From the NCBI GenBank assembly GCA_044866005.1, contig JBIOTN010000015.1:1-22540 (forward strand): DNA of 22,540 nucleotides, read 5' to 3'. The position numbers and the translations under genes are program-made. The stretch comes from Candidatus Rokuibacteriota bacterium. GTDB taxonomy: Bacteria; Methylomirabilota; Methylomirabilia; Rokubacteriales; DASRDR01. The notes beneath the pieces were generated by a model that ran no database searches, had not been told where the DNA came from, and was given only the letters and a program-made list of their open reading frames with translations. Positions 7,300-15,301 of this stretch are shown piece by piece; the stretch's first letter is position 1; every line of letters begins with the position of its first letter.

Positions 7300-8430
7300 A
7301 TGGCGAAGTCGCTTGGGGTCGTGGTGGCGGTGGCGGTCGGCGCGACGCTTCTGCTGGCGGGCGGATGGCGGGCGGAGGCCGCGGACCTCGTGATCCTCCG
7401 CAGCGGCCGGTACCTCGCCGGCGATCTCCAGGAAACCGAGTTCACGCTCTACACCCCGCAGGCGAGCTACCGCGCGACTCGCGCCAACACCGCACGCCTC
7501 GTCCTGGGCACGGCGGCGGGCGACACGGTGGAGCTTCGCAACGGCGACCGCATCTCCGGTCGCGTCGACCAGAGCCGCTACACCCTACGGCTTCCGGGGG
7601 GCGAGACGCGCGTCGTGGAGCGGGCCGAGGCCTCCGTCGTGGTGCTGGGCGCCAGCAGTCCCGTGCGGGGCGAGCGGGTGCCCGACGTCCTGCTGCTCCG
7701 TACCGGCGATTTCGTTTACGGTGAGCTCGTGGGCCCCGAGTTCGAGCTCACCACCGACGCCGGTCGCCAGCGGCTCGACCGGAGCCGCGTGTGGCGGATC
7801 ATCCTGGGCTCGGCACGCGGGGACCTCGTGGAGCTTCAGAACGGCGAGCGGCTGCTCGGCCTCGTCGACCGCCCGACCTATGCCATCCGGACCTCCGACG
7901 GGCAGAACGAGACGTACGGGCGCGAGGAGGTGCTGGAGGTGCTCTTCCGCCCGCCGGAGCGGCCGCGCGCCGGGGCGGGCGGGACGGGCGACGCGGCGGG
8001 ACAGGCGGGCACCGCCGGCGCGGGAGCCGGCACGCAGGTCGCGGCCGCGCCCCCCACCACGGTGCCGACGCCGTCGCTCCCGCCGCAGGTGCGGGCGGCG
8101 CTGCGCGACCTCCACTTCGAGTTCGACAGCTGGCAGCTCACGCCGGAGGCGCGCCGCACCCTCGAGGACCTCGCGACGGCGATGAAGGCCTTCCCGTCCT
8201 TGACGCTCCTGATCGAAGGCCACGCCGACGAGCGCGGGACGGCCGAGTACAACCTCGCGCTCGCGGCGCGCCGGGCCGAGGCGGCGAAGGACTACCTGGT
8301 CAACCTCGGGATCGAGACGAGCCGGCTCGACATGATCTCCTACGGCGAGGAGCGACCACTGGACGCCGGGCACAACGAGATCGCCTGGTCGCTGAACCGG
8401 CGCGCCCATTTCGCGGTGAAGGCGCCGTGA
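7300..8430 (+). CDS. Secreted protein with four N-terminal beta repeats and C-terminal OmpA/Pal peptidoglycan-binding domain
   Basis: Signal peptide ending AEA; HFEFDS...IEGHADERGTAEYNLALAARRA...SYGEERP...NRRA OmpA_C motif; Ala/Gly/Pro/Thr linker; ATG 7300 after a purine-rich RBS. Confidence 0.88.
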   Translation: MAKSLGVVVAVAVGATLLLAGGWRAEAADLVILRSGRYLAGDLQETEFTLYTPQASYRATRANTARLVLGTAAGDTVELRNGDRISGRVDQSRYTLRLPGGETRVVERAEASVVVLGASSPVRGERVPDVLLLRTGDFVYGELVGPEFELTTDAGRQRLDRSRVWRIILGSARGDLVELQNGERLLGLVDRPTYAIRTSDGQNETYGREEVLEVLFRPPERPRAGAGGTGDAAGQAGTAGAGAGTQVAAAPPTTVPTPSLPPQVRAALRDLHFEFDSWQLTPEARRTLEDLATAMKAFPSLTLLIEGHADERGTAEYNLALAARRAEAAKDYLVNLGIETSRLDMISYGEERPLDAGHNEIAWSLNRRAHFAVKAP

Positions 8431-9071
8431 GCGCGGCCCGCCGGCCCTCGCGCCTCGTCGCCGCGCTCGGGCTCCTGCTCGCCGCCCCGCTCGCCAGCCA
8501 GGCCGCGGCCCCGGCGGCGCCGAGCGTCGGCGCCTCGGCGACGTACCGCTGGACGTCGGCCGTGAGGCAGCCCGTGCTGGTCCTCGTCCGCGAGCCCCAG
8601 GCCGGCGGGCAGGCCACGTGGTCCGCAGTCCAGGAGTCGGCCGCGCCGCCGCCCGTCTTCGTGACCTACTCGATCGTCCGCGGCGACCGCGCGACGTACA
8701 CGCTCCAGATCGTCACCCACGACGAGGCGGAGGGCGCACCCCTGTCGGTCACCCAGGTGACCGTGAACCGCGCGTCGGGGAAAGCGCTCCGCAGCGTGAC
8801 GCGGGGCCCCAAGGGCGTCGTCCCGACTCCGGAGTCGGGTCTCCGTCCCTTCCGGGAGGCCGGTATGCGCGACGGGCGGCGCGAGGAGGTCGAGGTGCCG
8901 GCCGGACGCTTCCCCGCCGTGTCGGGGACGTCCGCTGGCGCGCGGGTCTGGGTGTCGGATCGGGTGCCGGCGCTCGGGCTCGTGAAGGCCGAATGGCCGG
9001 CGGGGACGCTCGAGCTCGTGCGGAGCGCGCCCGCCGGCGCGACGGATCTTCTGAAGCCCGCGACCCGTTAG
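8427..9071 (+). CDS. Secreted hypothetical protein with DUF3108-like C-terminal motif
   Basis: GTGA overlap with the upstream stop; signal peptide; EEVEVPAGRF...WVSDRVPALGLVK motif. Confidence 0.7.
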   Translation: MSAARRPSRLVAALGLLLAAPLASQAAAPAAPSVGASATYRWTSAVRQPVLVLVREPQAGGQATWSAVQESAAPPPVFVTYSIVRGDRATYTLQIVTHDEAEGAPLSVTQVTVNRASGKALRSVTRGPKGVVPTPESGLRPFREAGMRDGRREEVEVPAGRFPAVSGTSAGARVWVSDRVPALGLVKAEWPAGTLELVRSAPAGATDLLKPATR

Positions 9072-9075
9072 CCTC

Positions 9076-9135
9076 TCGGGGGGTCTCGGAAGACTCCCCC
9101 CCTGCCCCCCTCGGTTGCGGCGGCGCCGCCGCCGC
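9076..9135 (+). repeat. Structured repeat family B (double hairpin, REP-like), copy 1
   Basis: G-run/C-run hairpin then CCCCTCGGTTGCGGCGGC-NNN-GCCGCCGC (9107-9135), matching the reverse complement of 20738-20766. Confidence 0.8.
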
Positions 9136-9247
9136 TCGAATGGCTTCCCCGGCAAGCCGGATAGAAGACCTCCGTCGGCGCCCGCCGCCGGTCAACCGCC
9201 TCGTCCGGTCGCGTGGGCACCCCTGCCCCGAGGTCCCTGGACCCGCG

Positions 9248-9256
9248 TGGTAGCAT
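9248..9256 (+). promoter_or_regulatory. Extended -10 promoter element for the PKS operon
   Basis: TGGTAGCAT, 6 nt before the in-frame ATG at 9263. Confidence 0.5.
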
Positions 9257-9316
9257 GAACCCATGTGTGCTGCGACACCGCGCGCAGCGCTCGAAGCTGT
9301 CCCCAGGAGGTCAACC

Positions 9317-10342
9317 ATGGTGACCCCACGCATCCTGGCGATCGGCACGGCGGTTCCCACCACGTCGTTCGACCAAGCCGAACTCGTCGGGATCTTCGGG
9401 TACACGGATGCGCTGCGCCGAAACTTCTTCCTCCGGAGCGGGATCGAGCGTCGTCACTTCTTCGTCGACCCCGCCCACGCGCGGCCCGACGAGGACGTGG
9501 ACCAGCTCGCGGCTCGGTTCCGCGACGGCAGCGTGGCGCTCGGCGCCCAGGCCATCCAGGCCTGCCTCGACCACGCCGGTCTCGCCGTCTCGGACATCGA
9601 CTTCCTCGTGACGACGACGTGCACGGGCCGTCTCTGCCCGAGCCTCGACGCTCACCTCATCCAGGCGCTCGGCTTCCGGCCCGACATGCAGCGGGTCCAC
9701 GTCGGCGACACGGGTTGCGCGAGCGGGATCGTGGCCCTCCAGCAGGCGTACAACCACCTGCACGCCTTTCCCGGTCACCGGGCGCTCGTCGTCGCGGTGG
9801 AGGTTTGCTCGGCCACGTACTTCCTCGACGACTCCCCGGAGACGGCGGTCGCGAACGCGATCTTCGCCGACGGCGCCGCGGCCGTGCTCCTCGGGACCGA
9901 GGGCCACGGCGTCGCCATGGTCGCTCACCGGACGCTGATCCGCTCCGAATACCTCGACCGGATGGGGTTCACGTTCCCGGGCGGCCGGCACCGGGTGCGC
10001 CTGAGCAAGGAGGTGCGGCGCATCGCCCCGGAGATGATGGAAGAGCTGGCGACGCGGCTCCTCAAGGATCACGGGCTGACCCAGGCCGACGTGCGGTTCT
10101 GGGTGCTGCATTCGGCCGGGCGGCGCGTGATCGAGCGGGCGCAGGTGGCCCTCGGACTTCCGGACGAGGACCTCGTCTTCTCCCGCACGGTCCTCCGGCG
10201 CTTCGGGAACATGTCGTCGGCCACGGTCCTCTTCGTCCTGGACGAAGTGCTCCAGAGCGGCCAGCCGCGTCCGGGCGACTGGGGCGTCATGATCGCGCTC
10301 GGCCCGGGCTTCGCCGCGGAGGGGGCGCTACTGCGCTGGTGA
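9317..10342 (+). CDS. Type III polyketide synthase (chalcone synthase-like)
   Basis: Cys-His-Asn triad (GDTGCASG, VLHSAG, FGNMSSATV), EVCS, FADGAAA, GPGF; ATG 9317 after AGGAGG (alternative in-frame ATG at 9263). Confidence 0.95.
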   Translation: MVTPRILAIGTAVPTTSFDQAELVGIFGYTDALRRNFFLRSGIERRHFFVDPAHARPDEDVDQLAARFRDGSVALGAQAIQACLDHAGLAVSDIDFLVTTTCTGRLCPSLDAHLIQALGFRPDMQRVHVGDTGCASGIVALQQAYNHLHAFPGHRALVVAVEVCSATYFLDDSPETAVANAIFADGAAAVLLGTEGHGVAMVAHRTLIRSEYLDRMGFTFPGGRHRVRLSKEVRRIAPEMMEELATRLLKDHGLTQADVRFWVLHSAGRRVIERAQVALGLPDEDLVFSRTVLRRFGNMSSATVLFVLDEVLQSGQPRPGDWGVMIALGPGFAAEGALLRW

Positions 10343-11091
10343 GGGCGGACGGGCGGTCGATGTTGCGCGCGCTGGCTCCCCTCAGCCGGGACGCCGCCGC
10401 CGTGGAGCTGCTCGACCGCCCCGGCACGCCGCAGCGGGAGCTCGCCGCGACGCTGGCCGACATCGCGCGGCTCAACCGGCTCGGCCCGACCCGGCGCCTC
10501 CTCGCTCACGTCGCCCCCTTCTTCGCGCGCTTCCGCGCCGAGGGACGCGGGGCGCGGCTCCGCGTGGTCGATCTCGGCACGGGGGGCGCGGACATCCCGG
10601 TGGCGCTGGTCCGCTGGGCGCGCGCGCGGGGCCACCGGGTGATCGTCCTGGCGCTCGATGTCCAACCCGAGGTCCTCGCCTGCGCGACACCGGTGGCGCG
10701 CCGGCTCGAGGAGGTGCAGCTCATCGCCGCCGACGCCCTCCGACCGCCCCTGCGCGCGGGCGCGGCCGACCTCGCCGTTTGCTCGCTGACCCTCCACCAT
10801 CTCCCGGAGGAGGGCGTGGTCGCCCTGCTGCGCCTCATGGCGTCCCTGGCCCGGCTGGGCTTCGTCGTCAGCGATCTCCGGCGCAGCCGTGCCGCCTATG
10901 CCGCGGCGTGGCTCGCCACGCGGCTCATCTCGCGGAACCGGCTCACCCGCCACGACGGGCCGATGTCCGTGAGGCGCGCCTACACGCGGGAGGAGCTGGC
11001 GCGGCTGTCGCGGGCCGCCGGATTGCCGGACGTCCGGTGGCACCGGGCCTTTCCCTTCCGCGTCATCGGTGTCTATGCGCGCAGAGACTGA
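10339..11091 (+). CDS. Class I SAM-dependent methyltransferase
   Basis: VVDLGTGGAD motif I, CSLTLHHL, SDLRR, HDGPMSVRRAYT; GTGA overlap with the PKS stop (alternative ATG at 10360). Confidence 0.88.
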   Translation: MRADGRSMLRALAPLSRDAAAVELLDRPGTPQRELAATLADIARLNRLGPTRRLLAHVAPFFARFRAEGRGARLRVVDLGTGGADIPVALVRWARARGHRVIVLALDVQPEVLACATPVARRLEEVQLIAADALRPPLRAGAADLAVCSLTLHHLPEEGVVALLRLMASLARLGFVVSDLRRSRAAYAAAWLATRLISRNRLTRHDGPMSVRRAYTREELARLSRAAGLPDVRWHRAFPFRVIGVYARRD

Positions 11092-12295
11092 GATCATCGT
11101 GGTGGGCGCCGGCCCGGCGGGCGCCGCCACGGCCATCCTGCTCGCCCTGCAGGGCCACGACGTCGTGCTGCTCGACCGGGCGCGGTTCCCGCGGGAGAAG
11201 GTGTGCGGCGAGTACCTCTCCCCCGAAAGCAGCCGCATCCTCGACCGCCTCGGCGTGCTCAAGGCCGTCGAAGCTGCCGGCGCCCAGCCGCTTCGCGGGA
11301 TGCGGATCGTCGCGCCGGACGGGACCGAGCTCCTCGGCGACTACCCGCGCGTCGGGCGCTACCGGGGCTACCGCGACCACGCCCTCGCGCTCCCCCGGCG
11401 CGCGCTGGACGCGCGGCTCGTGGACCGGGCGCGCGCCCTGCCCGTCGTCGTGCGCGAGGGGTTCCGGGTGACGGACCTCGTCCTCGACGGCGGGCGCGTC
11501 GCCGGCGTCGAAGGGCGCGCCAACGGGGCCGGGCCATCGGAGCGGCTGACCGCCCGGCTCGTGATCGGCGCGGACGGCCGGAGCTCGGTCGTGGCGCGGC
11601 GGCTCGGCCTGGTCCGCCCGCATCCCTGGCTCGACCGGCTCGCCCTGATGACCTATGCCGAGGGCGTGCCGCACGATCCCGAGCGCGGCGAGATCTTCGT
11701 CGCCCCGCCGTTCTACTCGATCCTGAACCCCGTGGCGGCGGGCCGGCTCAACCTGAGCCTCGTCGTGCCGATGGCCGAGGGCGCCCGGCACAAGGCGGAC
11801 CTGGCCGGCTTCTTCGACCGCACCCTGGCCGCGCTCCCGCACCTCGGGCCCCGGCTCCGGACGGGCCGGCGGGTGAGCCCGGTGCGCGCGCTCGGGCCGC
11901 TCGCCTACCGGGTCGCGCCGCCGCGCCACGACGGCGTCGTGCTCGTCGGCGACGCCCTCGGCTTCCTCGACCCCTTCACCGGGGAGGGGATCTTCACCGC
12001 CCTCCGCTCCGCCGAGCTCGCGGCCGAGGTCGCCGACGCCGCGCTCCGCGCGGGGAACGTGTCCGCCGCGGCCCTGGCCGCCGCCCACACGCGGCGGCTT
12101 GCCGCCTTTGCCGCGAAGGAGCGCGTCTCTCTCCTGCTGCAGCGGCTCATCGCGCGGCGCCGGCTCACGGTGCACGTCGCGCGACGGCTCGCGCGGCGGC
12201 CGCCGCTCCTGGAGCTGCTCCTGGGCGTCATCGGCGACTTCGTCCCGCCCCGCGAAGTGCTCTCCCCCCGGTTCCTCGCCCGCCTCCTGGTCTAG
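11075..12295 (+). CDS. NAD(P)/FAD-dependent oxidoreductase (geranylgeranyl reductase/flavoprotein monooxygenase-like)
   Basis: VVGAGPAG, REKVCGE, IGADGRSS, VGDALGFLDPFTGEGI; overlaps the methyltransferase end by 17 nt. Confidence 0.92.
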   Translation: MRAETEIIVVGAGPAGAATAILLALQGHDVVLLDRARFPREKVCGEYLSPESSRILDRLGVLKAVEAAGAQPLRGMRIVAPDGTELLGDYPRVGRYRGYRDHALALPRRALDARLVDRARALPVVVREGFRVTDLVLDGGRVAGVEGRANGAGPSERLTARLVIGADGRSSVVARRLGLVRPHPWLDRLALMTYAEGVPHDPERGEIFVAPPFYSILNPVAAGRLNLSLVVPMAEGARHKADLAGFFDRTLAALPHLGPRLRTGRRVSPVRALGPLAYRVAPPRHDGVVLVGDALGFLDPFTGEGIFTALRSAELAAEVADAALRAGNVSAAALAAAHTRRLAAFAAKERVSLLLQRLIARRRLTVHVARRLARRPPLLELLLGVIGDFVPPREVLSPRFLARLLV

Positions 12296-12308
12296 CCGGG
12301 ACCGCTGC

Positions 12309-13136
12309 ATGCCGCCGACGGCCGGCTTCCAGACGCTCGGGCGGGCCCCGGACGGCGCGATCCGTCTGGCCGAGGCCGCGCTGTGGATCGCGGCCGACGA
12401 GTACCCCGGCCTGGAGGTCGGGAGGTGGCTGCGGGCCGTCGACGGGCTCGGCCACGCCGCCGCGCAGCGCATCCGGGAGCCGATGGACCTGGACGAAGCG
12501 ACGGCGGCGCTCAACGAGCTCCTCTTCGAGGAGGAGGGGTTCCAGGGGAACGCCGCCGACTACTACGATCCCCGGAACAGCTTCTTGAACGACGTGCTGG
12601 AGCGGCGGCTGGGGATCCCGATCACGCTCTCCGTCCTCTACATCGAGGTCGCCGCTCAGGCCGGCGTCCGGGTGCGCGGCGTCGGGTTGCCCGGGCACTT
12701 CCTCATCCGCGCCGAGCGGCACGGGGCGAGCCGTCTCCTGGACCCGTTCCATGGGGGCGCGACGCTCGAGGAGGCCGACTGCGAGGCGCTCCTCCGCCGG
12801 CGTTACGGCGCCGAGGCGCGCCTCGACCCGGCCTTGCTCCGCCCCGTGACGACCAGCGAGATCGTCGCCCGGATGCTCGCCAACCTGAAGGCGATCTACA
12901 CGACCCGCGAGGACTGGTCGCGGGCGCTCCGGGTAGTCGATCGCCTCGTCACCCTGCGGCCGGACGCGCTGGCCGAGCTCCGCGACCGGGGGACGATCCA
13001 CGCGCGGCTCGGCGGGGCGGCTGCGGCGATCCGCGACTGGGAGCGCTACCTGGAGGGCGCCGCCGACGCGGCCGACGCCGACCGCGTCCGCCACGACCTC
13101 CGGGTGCTCCGGCAGGCCCTGGCGCGCCTCAACTGA
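12309..13136 (+). CDS. SirB1-like protein (transglutaminase-like core + TPR)
   Basis: GFQGNAADYYDPRNSFLNDVLERRLGIPITLS, GLPGHFL, DPFHGG, RMLANLK, ELRDRG motifs. Confidence 0.9.
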   Translation: MPPTAGFQTLGRAPDGAIRLAEAALWIAADEYPGLEVGRWLRAVDGLGHAAAQRIREPMDLDEATAALNELLFEEEGFQGNAADYYDPRNSFLNDVLERRLGIPITLSVLYIEVAAQAGVRVRGVGLPGHFLIRAERHGASRLLDPFHGGATLEEADCEALLRRRYGAEARLDPALLRPVTTSEIVARMLANLKAIYTTREDWSRALRVVDRLVTLRPDALAELRDRGTIHARLGGAAAAIRDWERYLEGAADAADADRVRHDLRVLRQALARLN

Positions 13137-13184
13137 GGCCGCGTCGCCGAGCGACGCCGAGCCACGGCGTCGGCGACCGCGGCG

Positions 13185-13213
13185 TTGACCCGTCCCGGCG
13201 AGCGGGGTAGCGT
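13185..13213 (+). promoter_or_regulatory. Sigma70-type promoter, near-leaderless thioesterase transcript
   Basis: TTGACC (13185-13190), 17 nt spacer, TAGCGT (13208-13213), 9 nt before GTG 13223; preceded by a GC hairpin (13138-13183). Confidence 0.65.
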
Positions 13214-13222
13214 AGCGGCATC

Positions 13223-13648
13223 GTGGCGCGGCACGTGACGGAGATCCGGGTCCGCTGGGGCGACGTCGATTCCGCCGGCATCATCTTCTACCCCCAGATC
13301 TTCCGCTGGTTCGACATCGCGGCCGACGAGCTGTTCCGAACGCTCGGTCTGGCCTGGGCTCGGCTCTTCCCGGACGCCGGGCTGGTCGGGCTGCCGATCC
13401 TGGAAGCCCACTGCCGGTTCCGCTCCCCGATCCGTTACGACGACCAGGTGCGCATCGAGACCGTGGTCGAGGAAGTGCGCGACAAGACGATCCGCCTCGG
13501 CTATCGGGTCTTCGGGCCCGCCGGCGCGGCCGAGTCGGGGACGCTCTGCGCCGAAGGCTACGAGGTGCGCGGCTGGGTCGAGCGGCGCGACGGCCGGCTC
13601 CAGGCCCGGTCCATCCCCGATGGCGTCCGGGCCCGCCTCGGTGCATGA
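13223..13648 (+). CDS. Acyl-CoA thioesterase (4HBT/YbgC hotdog family)
   Basis: VRWGDVDSAGIIFY motif, CRFRSPIRYDD, C-terminal SIPD. Confidence 0.9.
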   Translation: MARHVTEIRVRWGDVDSAGIIFYPQIFRWFDIAADELFRTLGLAWARLFPDAGLVGLPILEAHCRFRSPIRYDDQVRIETVVEEVRDKTIRLGYRVFGPAGAAESGTLCAEGYEVRGWVERRDGRLQARSIPDGVRARLGA

Positions 13649-14022
13649 GGCGCTGGCGCCGACCCGCACTCGTCCTCGGCCTGGCGCTCCTCGTGGCGCC
13701 GCCGCTGGCCGCCCAGGAGATCCTCCAGGCCCTCGTCCTCGAGCTCGCCGTCCTGGAGGTCCACGCGATCGTCGCGCGCGCCCGGGGCGACGAGCAGCTC
13801 GAATGCGTGCTGCGGGACCGGGGCGGACGGGTCCGCGTCGCGGCCAGCCAGCCGCTCTCCGCCGGGCTGACCTCGGGCGGCACCACGATCCTCTCGATCC
13901 CCCTGCCGCTGCTCGCCCCGGGGGAGACCGATTTCGCCGTGGTCCTGCGCCGGGGCGAGGCGGTGCTCCACCGCACGGCGTGGCAGCCGATCTTCACCCC
14001 GACGCGAGGAGCCCGGCCGTGA
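13645..14022 (+). CDS. Secreted hypothetical protein
   Basis: ATGA overlap with the thioesterase stop; Arg-rich n-region, hydrophobic core, LAA/Q cleavage site; no recognised domain. Confidence 0.7.
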   Translation: MRRWRRPALVLGLALLVAPPLAAQEILQALVLELAVLEVHAIVARARGDEQLECVLRDRGGRVRVAASQPLSAGLTSGGTTILSIPLPLLAPGETDFAVVLRRGEAVLHRTAWQPIFTPTRGARP

Positions 14023-14077
14023 CCGCCGGCAGGCGGCCGGCGCCGGAGGCGGTTCGCTCCCGCGGCGCAGACCCGCG

Positions 14078-15076
14078 GTGATCGCGCTGCGCCTCCACGT
14101 CCCCGGCCCGATCGAGGCGGCACCGCTCCGACTCGAGGAGGCCGCGCGACCGACCCCGGGCCCCGGCGAGGTCCGCCTCGCGGTCCACGCCTGCGGCCTC
14201 TGTCACACCGATCTCCACATCGCGGAGGGCGAGCTCCTCCCGCCCGCGCGACCGCGCGTCCCCGGCCACCAGGTCGTCGGCGTGGTGGATGCGCTCGGTC
14301 CCCGCGCACGCCGGTTCGCCCTCGGGGAGCGTATCGGCGTGGCGTGGCTTCACCAGACGTGCGGCCGTTGCCCGGCGTGCCGGCGCGGCGCGGAGAACCT
14401 CTGTCCGGAAGCCCGCTTCACGGGGTTCCACGCCGACGGCGGCTACGCCGGCGCGATGACCGTGCCAGAGGCCTTCGCCTACCGGCTGCCGCCCGCGCTG
14501 TCCGACGCGATGGCCGCGCCGCTGCTCTGCGCGGGGATCATCGGGTATCGGGCCCTCCGGGTGGCGCGCGTCCGCCCCGGCGAGCGGCTCGGGCTGTTCG
14601 GGTTCGGCGCCTCCGCCCACCTCGCCCTGCAGGTGGCGCGCTACTGGGACTGCGCCGTCAGCGTCTTCACGCGCAGCGCCGCGCACCGCGCCCTCGCCCT
14701 CGAGCTCGGCGCCGCCTGGGCCGGGACGGTGGAGGACCCCGCACCCCCACCGCTCGACCGCGCGATCCTCTTCGCGCCGGCCGGCACGCTGGTGCCGCCG
14801 GCGCTCGCCCGTCTCCGTCCGGGCGGGACGCTCGCGGTCGCGGCGATCTATCTCGAGCCGATTCCGCCGCTCGACTACGCGCTGCTCTACGGAGAGCGGA
14901 CGCTCGGAAGCGTCACGGCGAGCACGCGGCGCGACGGGGAGGAGCTGCTCGCGCTGGCCGCGGCGATCCCCCTGAGGCCGGAGGTGGAGGTCTTCCCGCT
15001 GAGCGCCGCCAACCAGGCGCTCGCCGCTCTCAAGGCGAGCCGCCTGCGCGCCGCCGGTGTCCTCGTCCCCGACTGA
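14078..15076 (+). CDS. Zinc-dependent alcohol dehydrogenase family protein
   Basis: CHTD, PGHQVVG, CGRCPACRRGAENLC structural Zn site, APLLCAGIIGYRAL, GFGASA. Confidence 0.93.
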   Translation: MIALRLHVPGPIEAAPLRLEEAARPTPGPGEVRLAVHACGLCHTDLHIAEGELLPPARPRVPGHQVVGVVDALGPRARRFALGERIGVAWLHQTCGRCPACRRGAENLCPEARFTGFHADGGYAGAMTVPEAFAYRLPPALSDAMAAPLLCAGIIGYRALRVARVRPGERLGLFGFGASAHLALQVARYWDCAVSVFTRSAAHRALALELGAAWAGTVEDPAPPPLDRAILFAPAGTLVPPALARLRPGGTLAVAAIYLEPIPPLDYALLYGERTLGSVTASTRRDGEELLALAAAIPLRPEVEVFPLSAANQALAALKASRLRAAGVLVPD

Positions 15077-15301
15077 GGTCACGCCGCTCCGAAGAGGCGG
15101 ACACTCTCCACAGACCTTGGTCCGTGCGGGGGTTCGGGGCTTTCCGAGACCCCCGGGCGGAGGCTGGTAACCCCGGGGAGGTACTCGGTGCGGCGTTTCC
15201 ACCCCGATACCGACCGCCCGAGCGCCGTCACGTCGGTTCCCCAGGTCTGCACGCCGACGGAGAGCAGCGCGGGGAGAGCGTCACCGATGCGCCCGGCGGT
15301 G

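Noticed and set aside
7300..8430. Calling this gene pal
   Set aside because: The C-terminal domain is Pal-like, but there is no lipobox, there is a large repeat region and there is no tol operon context.
14257..14280. GHQ instead of GHE in the alcohol dehydrogenase
   Set aside because: To my knowledge a common variant in this Zn-ADH subfamily; the other Zn ligands are intact.
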